From: Bryobacterales bacterium
GTDB taxonomy: Bacteria; Acidobacteriota; Terriglobia; Bryobacterales; UBA6623
DNA length: 64,000 bases
Direction: 5' to 3'
Assembly: GCA_965206655.1 (NCBI GenBank)
Contig: CBDBKC010000032.1
Coordinates: forward strand, 192,563 to 256,562
Below, one piece after another: positions 9,413 through 20,332 of the stretch; position 1 is the first letter of the stretch, and the number at the start of each line of letters is the position of its first letter. The notes below the pieces were generated by a model that saw only the letters and a program-made list of their open reading frames with translations, searched no databases and was not told the DNA's origin. The position numbers and the translations under genes are program-made.

Positions 9413-10639
9413 TCAACCTTCGGGAAACAGCCCCGGCATCCACCGAGAGGCAAGAGCCGCCGGGAAGGTAAGACGCAACGGGGCTCGGGAGCTTTCGGAG
9501 GTGAGCACACCTGCGTCAACGAGCGCTGAAACAACGCGCCTTGCGCTCCGTTCGCTACCGCCTGTGATTGCGGCCGCGTCGCCGCGCGGCAACTCACCGC
9601 GGTAAAGGACCGCTTCGAGGATGGAGCCCGATTTCGAAAGCAGGTTGCCGAGCCGAATTTCTTCTTCCACCCAAAGCTGGATGCGTGTGCGAAGGCGTTC
9701 GGGCTGCATCAGACCTTCCATGAAATCTACCTGATCAATGCAAGTCTTCAGGAAGAATTGAGTGAATCCAGCGAGGGCTTCCTCGCTGAGATGCCCCCGC
9801 CCGTCGAGATCATTGCGGCCCGTCTGGTCACAGTTGGCCAGATGCTGTTTGTATTCCTCGACATTGCGCGCGAGGCCCCGCGTGACCGACCAGACCGCGC
9901 CGGTATCAAGCAGCTCGAGAAGTAGGGAGTGTGACATCAGACGCGCGACGCGTCCGTTGCCATCCGAAAACGGGTGAATCCAGAGCAGCCGGTGATGGGA
10001 GGCGGCAGCCGACAGGATAGCGTCCGTCTTGCCGAGATTGCCGTACACTTCCTCCAAACGCGCCAGAAACCGCGGTACAGCGCCAGGGCTGACCGCGAGG
10101 TGCCGTCCCACCTCGACATCGCGCCGGCGTAGCTCGCCGGGTGTGATGCCCACGCGCTCCCCTGTGTGTGGGTCTTCCAGGAAAAGCAGGTCTTCGGGCA
10201 AAAGCTCTCCGAAACGCCTATGAATCTCGCATACGTTTCCCGCGCTCACCAAGCGGCCCAAAAGTCCACCTTTATCAATCCATTCTTGGACGGCGATGTG
10301 GGCCTTAGCTTCGATCTGCAGGTCGCGCTTCCGAGCGTCCTGGCTGTAGTCGTTCCTGAGCGCCCGCTCAATATCGACGGGGTGAGTATCATGGCCCTCG
10401 ATCAGGTTGGAGTAGTAGCAGTTCATCGACCGTACGAGCCCCGCTAGTGACGAAAGCAGGCTGGGCGGCAGGCTGCGGCGGAAACCGGCCGCCTTCTGTG
10501 CGAGATCGAGGGCGAGATCGGTCAGTCCGCCACGATGGCGGGATCCCTCCCCCATCAGCAGAGGCTCCAAGAGCGAGACAGGCTCATGTCGATCCTGTAT
10601 CCTACTGGCCGGTTCCATGGCCGGTCGAGTAACATCCAT
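9413..10639 (-). CDS. Fic-domain protein (class II type) with C-terminal HTH
   Basis: Fic motif HPFSDGNGRVAR; N-terminal inhibitory (S/T)xxxE(G/N) motif SNLIEG. Start may be 10639 or the next ATG (MEPASR). Confidence 0.9.
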   Translation of the reverse strand: MDVTRPAMEPASRIQDRHEPVSLLEPLLMGEGSRHRGGLTDLALDLAQKAAGFRRSLPPSLLSSLAGLVRSMNCYYSNLIEGHDTHPVDIERALRNDYSQDARKRDLQIEAKAHIAVQEWIDKGGLLGRLVSAGNVCEIHRRFGELLPEDLLFLEDPHTGERVGITPGELRRRDVEVGRHLAVSPGAVPRFLARLEEVYGNLGKTDAILSAAASHHRLLWIHPFSDGNGRVARLMSHSLLLELLDTGAVWSVTRGLARNVEEYKQHLANCDQTGRNDLDGRGHLSEEALAGFTQFFLKTCIDQVDFMEGLMQPERLRTRIQLWVEEEIRLGNLLSKSGSILEAVLYRGELPRGDAAAITGGSERSARRVVSALVDAGVLTSESSRAPLRLTFPAALASRWMPGLFPEG

Positions 10640-10646
10640 ACATACA

Positions 10647-10674
10647 TTTATATCAGTAATTTACAACAAGTCAA
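10647..10674 (-). promoter_or_regulatory. Putative sigma70 promoter of the Fic gene
   Basis: On the minus strand TTGACT, 16 nt, TATAAA, a few bases upstream of ATG 10639, in an AT-rich patch. Confidence 0.45.
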
Positions 10675-10840
10675 CCCTGTATACTGACCGCTATTATGTC
10701 CGGTTTATTGGCCACTTTGGATGCGACCTGTATGGACGGGTCGACGCTCTCGCCCCTCAGGGCTCTACTCGGACCGCCCTGCCCATCTGCTTCCCGCAGC
10801 CTGGAGCACGGCGAGCAAGCGCAACGAAGCAATGCCGGGC

Positions 10841-12067
10841 CTATGGCGTGCTTCGACCGTAGGTGGTCAGAAATGCGGACTCGAGTCCGCCCAGCGCCTC
10901 GACACCCGGCAATCGCTCACCCGCCAGAAACTCCAACGACGCCCCGCCGCCCGTTGAAATATGGGTGATACCCTCGGCCATCCCCGCAATCTGGATCGCC
11001 TTCTCCGAGTCCCCGCCCCCCACGATCGACATCGCATCCGACCCAGCAACCGCCTTCGCGACCTCAACCGTTCCCTGTGCAAACGGTTCCACCTCAAAAA
11101 CACCCATCGGCCCGTTCCAGACAATCATTTTCGCCTTTGAGATCTCGCCCTGATAAGCAGCGATCGTCGCCGGCCCAACGTCCAACGCTTTCCAGCCCTG
11201 GGGAATCCCCTCCTCCGATCCGTCAACAATCCTAGTCTCCGCATCCACCGCGAGTTCCCGCGCAATCACATGATCGACAGGCAACACCAGCCCCGAATCC
11301 GCCACCGCGAGCAACTCGGACGCGACATCCAGCTTCTCGTCCTCAACCAATGAATCGCCCACTCCTACGCCCCGCGATTTGAGGAACGTGTAGGTCATCG
11401 CCCCGCCGATCAGTACCCGGTCGGCAATCTCAAGCAGATTGCGAATCACGTCGATCTTCCCTGAGATCTTCGCACCGCCGATGATCGCGATATAAGGGTG
11501 AGCGGGCTCGCTAACCGCCATCGACAGGTACTTCAACTCCTTCTCCATCAGCAAGCCGGCGGCGGATTCGGCGACATGCTCAACGATCCCCACAGTCGAG
11601 GCATGCGCCCGGTGAGCTGCACCGAAAGCATCGTTCACATACACGTCGCAGAGCGACGCCAAAGCCCGTGCAAATGCGGGATCGTTCGCCTCCTCGCCCG
11701 GATGGAAGCGTAGATTTTCGAGCAGTGCGACATCTCCCGACACAAGCACTGTCTGACCCGAGATCACTTCGTCACCCGCGCCCGAGGGCAGCATTCGAAC
11801 CGGCCGGCCGAGCAGTTCCGACAACCGCCTGGCTACTGGTTTGAGGCTCATCTTGGGATTCGGCTTGCCTTTAGGTCGGCCGAGATGGGACGCCAGGATC
11901 AACGACGCGCCATTGTCGAGGATGTGACGAACCGTCGGCAACGCCGCCCGAATGCGAGTATCGCTTGTGATCTCTTCCCCTTCCGAATCCAGGGGGACAT
12001 TGAAATCGACGCGCAGGAAGACGCGCTTGCCCGCGAGATCGAGATCGCGGATGGTTCGGTACGCCAT
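10841..12067 (-). CDS. pgk: Phosphoglycerate kinase
   Basis: KRVFLRVDFNVP, LASHLGRP, LLENLRF, NDAFGAAHRAH, HISTGGGASLEFL. Start placed at ATG 12067 (MAYRTIRDL). Confidence 0.97.
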   Translation of the reverse strand: MAYRTIRDLDLAGKRVFLRVDFNVPLDSEGEEITSDTRIRAALPTVRHILDNGASLILASHLGRPKGKPNPKMSLKPVARRLSELLGRPVRMLPSGAGDEVISGQTVLVSGDVALLENLRFHPGEEANDPAFARALASLCDVYVNDAFGAAHRAHASTVGIVEHVAESAAGLLMEKELKYLSMAVSEPAHPYIAIIGGAKISGKIDVIRNLLEIADRVLIGGAMTYTFLKSRGVGVGDSLVEDEKLDVASELLAVADSGLVLPVDHVIARELAVDAETRIVDGSEEGIPQGWKALDVGPATIAAYQGEISKAKMIVWNGPMGVFEVEPFAQGTVEVAKAVAGSDAMSIVGGGDSEKAIQIAGMAEGITHISTGGGASLEFLAGERLPGVEALGGLESAFLTTYGRSTP

Positions 12068-12075
12068 GCCCGCGG

Positions 12076-13074
12076 CTAGCTGCCGAGCTTGCGGACTAGG
12101 TCGACAACGCGACTGGAGTAGCCCCACTCGTTGTCGTACCAGGCGAGGACTTTGACGAGGTTTCCGTCGACCACGCGCGTCATGGCGGCGTCGACAATCG
12201 AGGAACGCGGGTCCTGCTTGAAGTCGCTGGAGACCAGCGGCTCTTCGGTATACCCGAGAATGCCTTTCAGCTCGCCGTCGGCCGCTTCCTTGAACCTTGT
12301 GTTTACTTCGTCTTTAGTCGTAGCCTTGTCCGTCACGGCGACAAGGTCAACCACCGACACGTTCGGCGTGGGAACCCGAATCGCAAATCCGTCACAGCGG
12401 CCCTTCAAATCGGGCATGACGAGACCAATGGCGGCCGCCGCGCCGGTGTTGGTCGGAATCATGTTGATCGCGGCGGCACGGGCGCGGCGCAGATCTGAGT
12501 GCGGCAGGTCGAGCGTGCGCTGGTCGTTTGTGTAGCTGTGAATGGTGGTCATGGTCGCCTTGCTGATGCCGAAGTTCTCATGCAGAACCTTGGCAACCGG
12601 CGCCAGACAGTTGGTTGTGCAGGACGCGTTCGAAATGACGTGGTGCTGGGTGGCGTCGTACCTGTCGTCGTTCACACCGAGAACAAGCGTCATGTCTTCG
12701 CCATTGGCGGGAGCGGAAATCACGACCTTCCGCACACCATCCCGCAGATGCTTGGCGGCGTCTTCGCGGTTCGTAAAAAGGCCGGTCGACTCAACCACCA
12801 CCTCGGCGCCCACCGATCCCCAGGGAATTTGCGCGGGGTCTCTTTCCGAGAAGACTTTCAAAAAACGGTCGCCGACTTGGATGCCGGCTTCGGTGGCCTT
12901 GACGTCTTCGGGAAGCGTCCCCAAAACGGAGTCATGCTTAAGCAGATGCGCGAGCGTATTATTGTCGGTGATGTCGTTCACCGCGACGATCGCAACGTCG
13001 GACTGCCTGAGCGCGGCGCGAAATACATTCCGGCCAATTCTTCCAAAACCATTGATGCCGACTTTTACAGCCAT
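12076..13074 (-). CDS. gap: Type I glyceraldehyde-3-phosphate dehydrogenase
   Basis: GINGFGRIGR, SNASCTTNCLAP, WYDNEWGYS. Confidence 0.98.
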   Translation of the reverse strand: MAVKVGINGFGRIGRNVFRAALRQSDVAIVAVNDITDNNTLAHLLKHDSVLGTLPEDVKATEAGIQVGDRFLKVFSERDPAQIPWGSVGAEVVVESTGLFTNREDAAKHLRDGVRKVVISAPANGEDMTLVLGVNDDRYDATQHHVISNASCTTNCLAPVAKVLHENFGISKATMTTIHSYTNDQRTLDLPHSDLRRARAAAINMIPTNTGAAAAIGLVMPDLKGRCDGFAIRVPTPNVSVVDLVAVTDKATTKDEVNTRFKEAADGELKGILGYTEEPLVSSDFKQDPRSSIVDAAMTRVVDGNLVKVLAWYDNEWGYSSRVVDLVRKLGS

Positions 13075-13096
13075 AAAGACATTCTTGCCTCGATCC

Positions 13097-13939
13097 TTAT
13101 TGGGGCTGGCTCGGTTCCTCGTTCTGCTTCACTTGCCCGCCGACGTTGGCGTACGACTCCTTGATGCGAATCACCTCGCCGTCCTCGAACGTCACGAAGA
13201 TTACTTCCCCTGGCGGGACACCGTAAATCCAGTCCTCCGTCACAACCCCGTCCTTAAAGTCGCGCACCTTGTTGTCGGGCCTCCCCTTGGAGAGCAGGAC
13301 CATGTCGCGGTCCATGCCCTCGAGAACCGTCTTGTCTTTAATCGCGATTTGAAACTCTTCGGGGAGTTTCTCGATGTACAACTCGGTCGCCGACCGCTGC
13401 TCGAAATCGAGAACGGGCTTAAGCAATTCTCGTAGCTCGTCCGCCTCCAAGGAGGGGACCTCTTTATCGTACACGAGAGCGATCTTCGTGCCTCCGGGAG
13501 CATGGACCTCGGCCGTGCGCCCTAGCGTCGTTCCCCGGTTGCTCGTACCCGCGACCTGGATGCGGTGCCACCACTTTCGTCCGCCCTTCAACCCATGGTT
13601 CAGTTCAATGATGAGCTTGGAGCCCTTGAACTCAACCTTTGTGATTTCCACCATGTCGCCGACGCGGGCAGCGGGGCCAAATTTGTCAAGGGCGTCGTCC
13701 CACTGGTCTTCGTCGTGTACGCCATTCGGTCGAAAGGCAAGAGGTTTCTTGGAGCGTGGAATCACGATCCTGGCGGTGCCATGCTCGGCCATCATTTCAC
13801 GAATGAGAAGGGCGCGCTCGGTCTCATCGATCTTGGCAAGACCATTCGAGGGCAGCGCCGCAAACAATGCCGCCAAGGCGGAAAGCAGAATCGCGCGCTC
13901 GGCAAACGTCCGTTCTTGTCCCTTGCACATCAGTCCCAT
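13097..13939 (-). CDS. Exported hypothetical protein with a C-terminal SmpA/BamE-like motif
   Basis: Signal-like segment (ILLSALAALFAALP); C-terminal GMDRDMVLLSKGRP..EDWIYG. Start uncertain. Confidence 0.65.
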   Translation of the reverse strand: MGLMCKGQERTFAERAILLSALAALFAALPSNGLAKIDETERALLIREMMAEHGTARIVIPRSKKPLAFRPNGVHDEDQWDDALDKFGPAARVGDMVEITKVEFKGSKLIIELNHGLKGGRKWWHRIQVAGTSNRGTTLGRTAEVHAPGGTKIALVYDKEVPSLEADELRELLKPVLDFEQRSATELYIEKLPEEFQIAIKDKTVLEGMDRDMVLLSKGRPDNKVRDFKDGVVTEDWIYGVPPGEVIFVTFEDGEVIRIKESYANVGGQVKQNEEPSQPQ

Positions 13940-14832
13940 AATCTTGGCCCCGAATCGAGTTTGGGGGAACAGTAGAGAACCATGCCAATCACCACCGGAA
14001 CCGCCAAGCTCGTAATCAGGCTCGCCTCAGGTCCGTAAGCGCCTCCACTCCACAGAGCGGGCCCGGAAGAAGCGAGCGTTGTATCAACTAGCTTGATTCT
14101 AATGCCACTGACGTTGACCCCGGAAGCGACAAGCGTGAAATTCCATCCAAAATGGACACCAATCGCTATCGCCAGGGAGCGCGTCCCTACCAGCAAAAAC
14201 CCGAAGAGGCACCCGAAGAGGGCGGTATTCACCAGTCCGACATTCGACGCGCCGGGATTTCCCGCATGCAGCAGCCCAAAAAGAGCAGAGGTTCCGACGA
14301 TGGCGATCCAGGGGTTCGTGGCGTGTATGAGTTGCTGCAATCCGTAGCCTCGAAAAAGAAGTTCCTCCGCCGCGGCCCCAAGAAACAGGATGAGAATCGC
14401 GTAGCTCCACGGAGGTTCCCAAGTCCCGCGCAAAGCTGAGCCGCCGAAGCTCGTCACCGGCTCAGCGACCGTAATCCAGCCGAACAGCCACAGCGTTCCA
14501 ACCACGCTCAAAGCGATAGCCGCGCCCCCGAGGGCGCCCACAGCCAACTCCCGCAACCCCTCGAGGGTTGCGGACAGGCCGAGATCCTCCCAGGAATACC
14601 GCCGGCCGACGAACAAGAAGAACGCCGTGGCGATCAAGACGGCCGGTGTGAGCGAAAGAACCGAGACGATGAGCTCGTTCTCGGCCCAGGGCTGATCGTG
14701 GATCAACCACGCGCAGAGCCACCATAGGACCACCGTCAAAACTCCGAATGCGGTAGCCTGTCCGACACCGGACACGAACCGGCGAAGGGGCGGGCTCCTC
14801 TCGGGCTGGGTCGTTATTGGTTCCGGAAGCAT
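13930..14832 (-). CDS. CPBP (CAAX/Abi) intramembrane metalloprotease
   Basis: AAAEELLFRGY, FGLLH, IGVHFGWN motifs; multiple TM segments. Confidence 0.9.
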   Translation of the reverse strand: MLPEPITTQPERSPPLRRFVSGVGQATAFGVLTVVLWWLCAWLIHDQPWAENELIVSVLSLTPAVLIATAFFLFVGRRYSWEDLGLSATLEGLRELAVGALGGAAIALSVVGTLWLFGWITVAEPVTSFGGSALRGTWEPPWSYAILILFLGAAAEELLFRGYGLQQLIHATNPWIAIVGTSALFGLLHAGNPGASNVGLVNTALFGCLFGFLLVGTRSLAIAIGVHFGWNFTLVASGVNVSGIRIKLVDTTLASSGPALWSGGAYGPEASLITSLAVPVVIGMVLYCSPKLDSGPRLWD

Positions 14833-14868
14833 CGATTCGAGGGTGACACGGCTTGCGAGGGTTGCAGT

Positions 14869-15396
14869 CTAGTTCTTGGACGCGCAACCGAGCCTGTTCT
14901 CGTCGACATGCTCGCTCTTGTCGAAAAGCGTGACGTTGGAAACTCCGGCGGCGGCGGCGAACGTCCGCGCCATGTTCTCGAACTCCGCCCGATCCCAGCC
15001 AACGGAGACTTGAGCGATGCGGTTGCCGGAGTCGATGAGGAATGTGGTGGGCACGTACACAAGGCCGTAGGCGTCGGAGACGGGAAACCCCGCATCCTCT
15101 GAGTCAAAGAGCTGAGGAAGCTCGATGTCAAACTCCTCGTTGAACATTCGAGTGTGATCGGGCAGGTCTTGAGAAATCGTCCAGACCCGCGCGTTCGTGG
15201 CGGCCAGCCTCCGATTCAACCGATCGATGAAGTGCAAGCTCGACTGGCAGGTGGGGCAAGAGATCTTGAAGAAGGTGAGCCAGACGAGACCGCCGGGATT
15301 GAGCTCGCCAAGCGAGTGGACGCGGCCCTGCGAGTCGGGTAACGAGAAATCAGGTGCAAGGGCGTCCGGCTGAAGTGAAGATGCAACGAGGCTCAC
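14869..15396 (-). CDS. TlpA/AhpC-TSA family redoxin
   Basis: APDFSLPD, CPTC, YGLVYVPTTFLID; C-terminal GCASKN. Confidence 0.85.
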   Translation of the reverse strand: MSLVASSLQPDALAPDFSLPDSQGRVHSLGELNPGGLVWLTFFKISCPTCQSSLHFIDRLNRRLAATNARVWTISQDLPDHTRMFNEEFDIELPQLFDSEDAGFPVSDAYGLVYVPTTFLIDSGNRIAQVSVGWDRAEFENMARTFAAAAGVSNVTLFDKSEHVDENRLGCASKN

Positions 15397-15482
15397 ACAG
15401 CCAGTTTAGCGTCACAACCGGACAGCCTTCTGACCCTGAGGCGCACGAAGGCCAAATGAAACATCCGGGCTAAGATAGGTCC

Positions 15483-15785
15483 ATGGCCCAAATGACGAAA
15501 CTTACCGATAGCGAGATAGAAGCAGCCCTTGCCGACCTGCCCGGCTGGAGCGTCACCGGCGGAAAGCTACACCGGGAATACCGATTCACGGATTTTATCC
15601 ACGCGTTCGGATTCATGGCGACCGCCGCCGTCGCGATCGAGGCGATCGGACATCATCCCGAGTGGTTCAACGTGTATCACACCGTGAAGATCGATCTAAC
15701 CACGCACGACGCGGGCGGCATCACCTCCAACGACATCGATCTCGCGACCAAGCTCGAAGCCATCGCCAGGAAACTGCTGTCTTAG
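15483..15785 (+). CDS. phhB: Pterin-4-alpha-carbinolamine dehydratase
   Basis: HHPEWFNVY..V.IDLTTHDAGGIT..D..LA. Confidence 0.93.
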   Translation: MAQMTKLTDSEIEAALADLPGWSVTGGKLHREYRFTDFIHAFGFMATAAVAIEAIGHHPEWFNVYHTVKIDLTTHDAGGITSNDIDLATKLEAIARKLLS

Positions 15786-15810
15786 CCCCGGTGAACGCGT
15801 TGGGTCGTCC

Positions 15811-17235
15811 ATGAGAAAGACGAAGATCGTAGCCACCCTCGGCCCCGCATCCAACGAGCCGGAAACGATCGGACATCTACTAGACGCCGGTGTGAACGTC
15901 GTTCGGATGAACTTCTCCCACGGCGCCCATCACGATCACGCCGAGAGTATGCGGCGCGTTCGAACCGCAGCGGCCGAACGAGACTTGAACATCGCGATCA
16001 TCGCCGATCTCCAGGGCCCGAAGATCCGAACAGGCCGGCTCGCGGGGGGATCACCCGTCAATGTAGAAGGCGGGACAGAGTTTCGCCTGACGACAAGGGA
16101 CATGAAAGGGGATGCGAGTGGTGTCTCGGTCGACTACGAAGGCCTGCCGGATGAGGTGAATCCGGGAGACAAGATCCTACTGGCTGACGGCGCGATCGAA
16201 CTCCAAGTCAAGCACGCCGAGGAACAAGACGTCGTGTGCGAGGTCGTTTCCGGAGGCACACTCGGTGAGCGAAAGGGTGTCAATTTACCGGGTGCTGAGA
16301 TCAAGCTCCCGTCGATGACGGAGAAGGACGAAGTGGATCTCGCATTCGCGCTGAATCAGGGAGTCGACTATATCGCCCTATCGTTCGTCCGAAAACCGGA
16401 AGACGTTCACGAAGCCAAGCGGCGCATCAGGGAGGCCGGATCCGACGTCAAGCTCATCGCCAAGATCGAGAAGCCGCAAGCCCTCGATCAACTGAGCAAG
16501 ATCCTCGCGGCGGCCGATGGAGTGATGGTGGCCCGCGGCGACCTCGGTGTTGAACTTTCACCCTGGATTGTTCCCATGGAGCAGAAGCGTATTATTCGGG
16601 AAGCAGCGTCCATGCGCAAACCAGTGATTACAGCGACTCAGATGCTGGAATCGATGATGCACAGCCCTCGGCCGACACGGGCGGAGGCGAGCGATGTCGC
16701 GAACGCGGTGATCGACGGCTCGGACGCCGTCATGCTGTCCGGCGAGACGGCCGTCGGCAAGTATCCGGTGGAAGCCGTGCGCATGATGAGCAACATCATC
16801 GAGGCGGCGGAGTCGTCACTCGCTCACACCGACCTGCCGGCTCCTGTCGCTAGAGATGCCGACCTGCTCCTGTCGGATGCCGTCGCCAACAGCGCCGTCG
16901 AGATCACCGAGCGAGTCAACGCCCGCTGCCTCGTCATCTATTCCGAGAGCGGATTCTCGGCCCGCTTACTTTCGAAACACCGCCCACGCCGCGCGATAAT
17001 GGCCCTATCGGTCAGGCCCGAGACTGCGCGTCGCATGGCTCTCTACTGGGGTGTCGAGAAACGCTCGGTCGAGCCCTATGAACATGTCGACGATTTGGTG
17101 CCTGCGGTTGACCCGATGCTGATCGAGATGGGCTGGGCGGAACCCGGCGACCTGATCTGTTTCGTGGCAGGCACGCCGTTGCGCGTGAAGGGCAAGACGG
17201 ATCTCATCAAAGTGCATCGGGTGGGCGAAGGCTAG
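15811..17235 (+). CDS. pyk: Pyruvate kinase
   Basis: RKTKIVATLGPAS, RMNFSHG, DLQGPKIRTG, IAKIE, MVARGDLGVE, ATQMLESM. Confidence 0.98.
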   Translation: MRKTKIVATLGPASNEPETIGHLLDAGVNVVRMNFSHGAHHDHAESMRRVRTAAAERDLNIAIIADLQGPKIRTGRLAGGSPVNVEGGTEFRLTTRDMKGDASGVSVDYEGLPDEVNPGDKILLADGAIELQVKHAEEQDVVCEVVSGGTLGERKGVNLPGAEIKLPSMTEKDEVDLAFALNQGVDYIALSFVRKPEDVHEAKRRIREAGSDVKLIAKIEKPQALDQLSKILAAADGVMVARGDLGVELSPWIVPMEQKRIIREAASMRKPVITATQMLESMMHSPRPTRAEASDVANAVIDGSDAVMLSGETAVGKYPVEAVRMMSNIIEAAESSLAHTDLPAPVARDADLLLSDAVANSAVEITERVNARCLVIYSESGFSARLLSKHRPRRAIMALSVRPETARRMALYWGVEKRSVEPYEHVDDLVPAVDPMLIEMGWAEPGDLICFVAGTPLRVKGKTDLIKVHRVGEG

Positions 17236-19340
17236 CGGCGCCGGACCTGCGCTGAACCCACAAGTACGCGGCTGCCACGAGACACAGCACGAAGCCGAAG
17301 CCGCTCAGCCAAGCTCCCCAGTAAACCGAGGCCGGCCGGTAGGCGAAGCGAACGTCATGTTCGCCCGCGGGAACCTGAACGGCCCGAAGGGCCCCGTAGG
17401 CACGGTAAAGGGGGACCCCCTGCCCATCAATCTCCGCTTCCCAACCCGCGAAGTAGGGGTCCGCGAAGACCACGTAACCGGAGCAGGGGCCGGAGACACG
17501 GGCCTCAACGGATTCTCTCAGCAGGGCGTAAGACTCGATCTCCGTTTCGCCATCACAATCCACCGACTCCGGCAGGGTCGCGCCAGGATTCTCCGGGTCG
17601 TCGAGAACAGACAAGTCTCTGAGCCGCCAAGCGCGCGGCCCCGCCCCGTGGTTCCGGAATACCTTCCAGCCGCTGGGATCGTGATAGATCTCTGTCTGCG
17701 CGTCCTGAGTTTTCTCCTTCGCAACCGTGTAGACCATATTGAGCATCAAGCGGCGTGAGCGCCAATCCTCGCTGACGAAATCGAACATGCCGCGGTTGAC
17801 AGAGGCGAGAAAACCATCGACCATCTCCAGGCCTTCCCAACTGCCTAGGTTGGCCTTGTTTCCGTCGGTTTGAATCTCGAAGCGGAAGGGCCGGGGTTGT
17901 TGCTTGAGGAAATCGCTGACGCCTCGCAGTTCGGTCAGTTTGTCGAGGAAGCCGGGACGGGCCGGGTCCGTCCGATGCATCAGCACAATGGCATGGGCGA
18001 CGCCCATCTCGAAGACCATCAAAAGGACAACGAGTCCACGTATCGCGGTTCGCGGGATAGCGCCGCGGCGGTGTGCCGTAAGCAGGCCGGCGAGCGCCAA
18101 GGCGATGAGGGACGCCAACATGACGCGGTCACCGGGATTGTCACTGAGCGTGCCACTGAGGTGCTGATTCAGCAGTAGCAGCCAGGCAGCAGCGGCGAAG
18201 CCCGTGAGGGTCTTGCTGACCCTCCGCGTCCAAGGGTCCTCTCCCTCACCCGATTCAAAAAGACGGTCGAGTCCAAAGGCCGCAACAACCAATAGCGCGA
18301 ACTGGAAAACGAAGACGGCGTGCGAAGGCGATCGGGCCTTATCGGCAAACGGAACAAACGTGTACGTCCAGCCGTGCAGGAGTGAAAACGGGCCCACGCT
18401 GTAGGCGAGCGCGGCGACAGCGAGCGCGAAATATCCCCGGACCGCCGTCTGACGCCAGCAGGTCGCTACGGCGTAGACAAACATCGAAAGACATAGAAAC
18501 CCGACAAAGGTGCTCACCGTGAGGTAGGCGTGGGGAACAAACAGGCCAAGCAACGAGATCGCCACCAGGCGCAGACTCGCGTGAGCGTAGAAGGGGACGT
18601 CCTCGCCCATGGTCACGGGATCGGGAGTATTCACCCAGCGGTATGCCTCGCTTCCATATTCAAATGCCGGTATAAGCTGGAGCGCTGCTATCAAAAACGC
18701 CGCAACGCCGATGACCGCATAGAGCGCGGCGAGACGGCCCGCGGACGGCTTCGATTCCGTCCACTGCGACGAGAACGATACAAAGAAGAAACCCGTAAGC
18801 GCCATCAGCGTGTACATCGGGGTTTGATGGTGCCCGCTCAGCAGCGAGAGCCCAACGGCCCCGCCACACATCACGGCATAGGCGAGACCCGCGAGGGCCG
18901 ATCTCGTATCGACCAGGCGGTGGAAAAACAGGAAGATCAGCGGAATCCATATCGCGCCGTGAATCATCTGCGGCCAGCCGGTGCTGCCGACGTACCCCGA
19001 GCAGCCGAACGCGACGCCGACGAGCAGCGAAGCATAGCGGCTGCGCCCGAGTTGCCGCGCCAGAGCGTACATGAAGAGCGCCGCCAGCAGATGCATCAAC
19101 ACGAAGTGCAGATGCACCCAATCGAGGTCGATGTAACCTTCGTCGAGAGGAGCGAGGAAGAGTGGCCAGTTGAGCGGGAACGCCGCGCCGGGTTGCATCT
19201 GCCCCAGAAGAGACTGCCCCGTCCATTGATAGGGGTCCCAAAGCGGAAACTCGCCGGCGTTCCAGGCCGCGGCCTGCACTTGATACCAGGGCAGCACCTG
19301 GAACGCGAGATCAGGGGAGTCCAGGAAAGTAAACTGGCTG

Positions 19341-19952
19341 CTAAACAACCACCGCCTGAAAGGCGGTGGGTTCATTTACGACTGAAAGTCGGCTTGCGGC
19401 TGAAGCCGCCTGAAGAAGCCCCGGCTCAGAGCCGGCTCAAGGCTTGGTGGGCGTTGTGATCTTGAAGCCCTGGTCGTCTTCGTCCCATTGCTGCCTCTCA
19501 ATGTAATTCTTAATCGTTTCCTCGTCCACTGCGCCCACCGTCGCGCAGAAATATCCCCGCGCCCACAGGTATTGCCCCCAGTATCGCTTCCGCAATTCCC
19601 CAAACTCATCTTGCAGCCGTCGCGACGACCTGCCTTTCACATACTGCACCAGCTTCGACGGCGCCAACTGTGGCGGTGCCGATACCAATACATGCACATG
19701 ATCCGGCGACACAGCGCCCCGAATCACCACCACTTCTCGCGCTTGACAGCTCTGCCGGATCAGATCCCGTGTCCGCTCCGCCACCCTGCCCCGCAAGACT
19801 TTGTAGCGATATTTCGTGATCCAGACCAAGTGATACTTGATGTCGTAGACTGCATGCGCCCCTCGCCGATATTCGCCCATCTCCCTATTGTCATCCAGAC
19901 CCGCTCGAAGCTGACCGCCTGAAAGGCGGTGGGTTTAGACCTGGTGATGGAA
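19341..19952 (-). mobile_element. IS200/IS605-family tnpA-only element, copy 2 (612 bp)
   Basis: Same length and ends as 4141-4752; inserted 3' of TTTAG; no TSD. Confidence 0.93.
19437..19880 (-). CDS. tnpA: IS200-family Y1 transposase
   Basis: About 33 nucleotide differences from copy 1 over 444 nt (hand count), mostly synonymous. Confidence 0.95.
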   Translation of the reverse strand: MGEYRRGAHAVYDIKYHLVWITKYRYKVLRGRVAERTRDLIRQSCQAREVVVIRGAVSPDHVHVLVSAPPQLAPSKLVQYVKGRSSRRLQDEFGELRKRYWGQYLWARGYFCATVGAVDEETIKNYIERQQWDEDDQGFKITTPTKP

Positions 19953-20332
19953 CTAAAGACCAGCTTCCAGAAAAAGAGGAGAACGAGTGCAACGAGCAAC
20001 AGCAGCGGACGCCGCTCGAATAAGTCCGGCTTCATGGGCGTCCCGGCTTCATACGCGTCAACGGGAAGGCCCATTGTAGCCCAGGTCGTGGAACATGAAC
20101 TCGGAAGGTTGTAGCCTTCGAGGCCCACTATGCTAAGTCCGAAGACACGGACCTCGGTCTGACGCTGCAACTCGGCTAAACAGTAGCCCCCCGCGGGGAC
20201 CTCCATAGAAACGCGGTGCCACGGCGCGTGATTGGTCTATGAGCCGCTGCTCTCGATGTGTTCAGAAAGCCGAACTCCAACACCAGGGGAGGTGACAAAT
20301 TCGCTTGGAAACTCGAGCGGTCTCTTGGCGAT

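Larger units (their letters stand above)
17207..20035 (-). pseudogene. YfhO-family (GT-C-like) membrane protein interrupted by IS200 copy 2
   Basis: Joining 20035-19953 to 19340-17207 restores MKPDLFERR..FWKLVFS|SQFTFLDSPDLAFQ.. (738 aa) with PLWDPY..GQ..LGQ and C-terminal YFAGWEAEIDG..GALRAVQVPAGEHDVRFAYRP. Confidence 0.87.
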
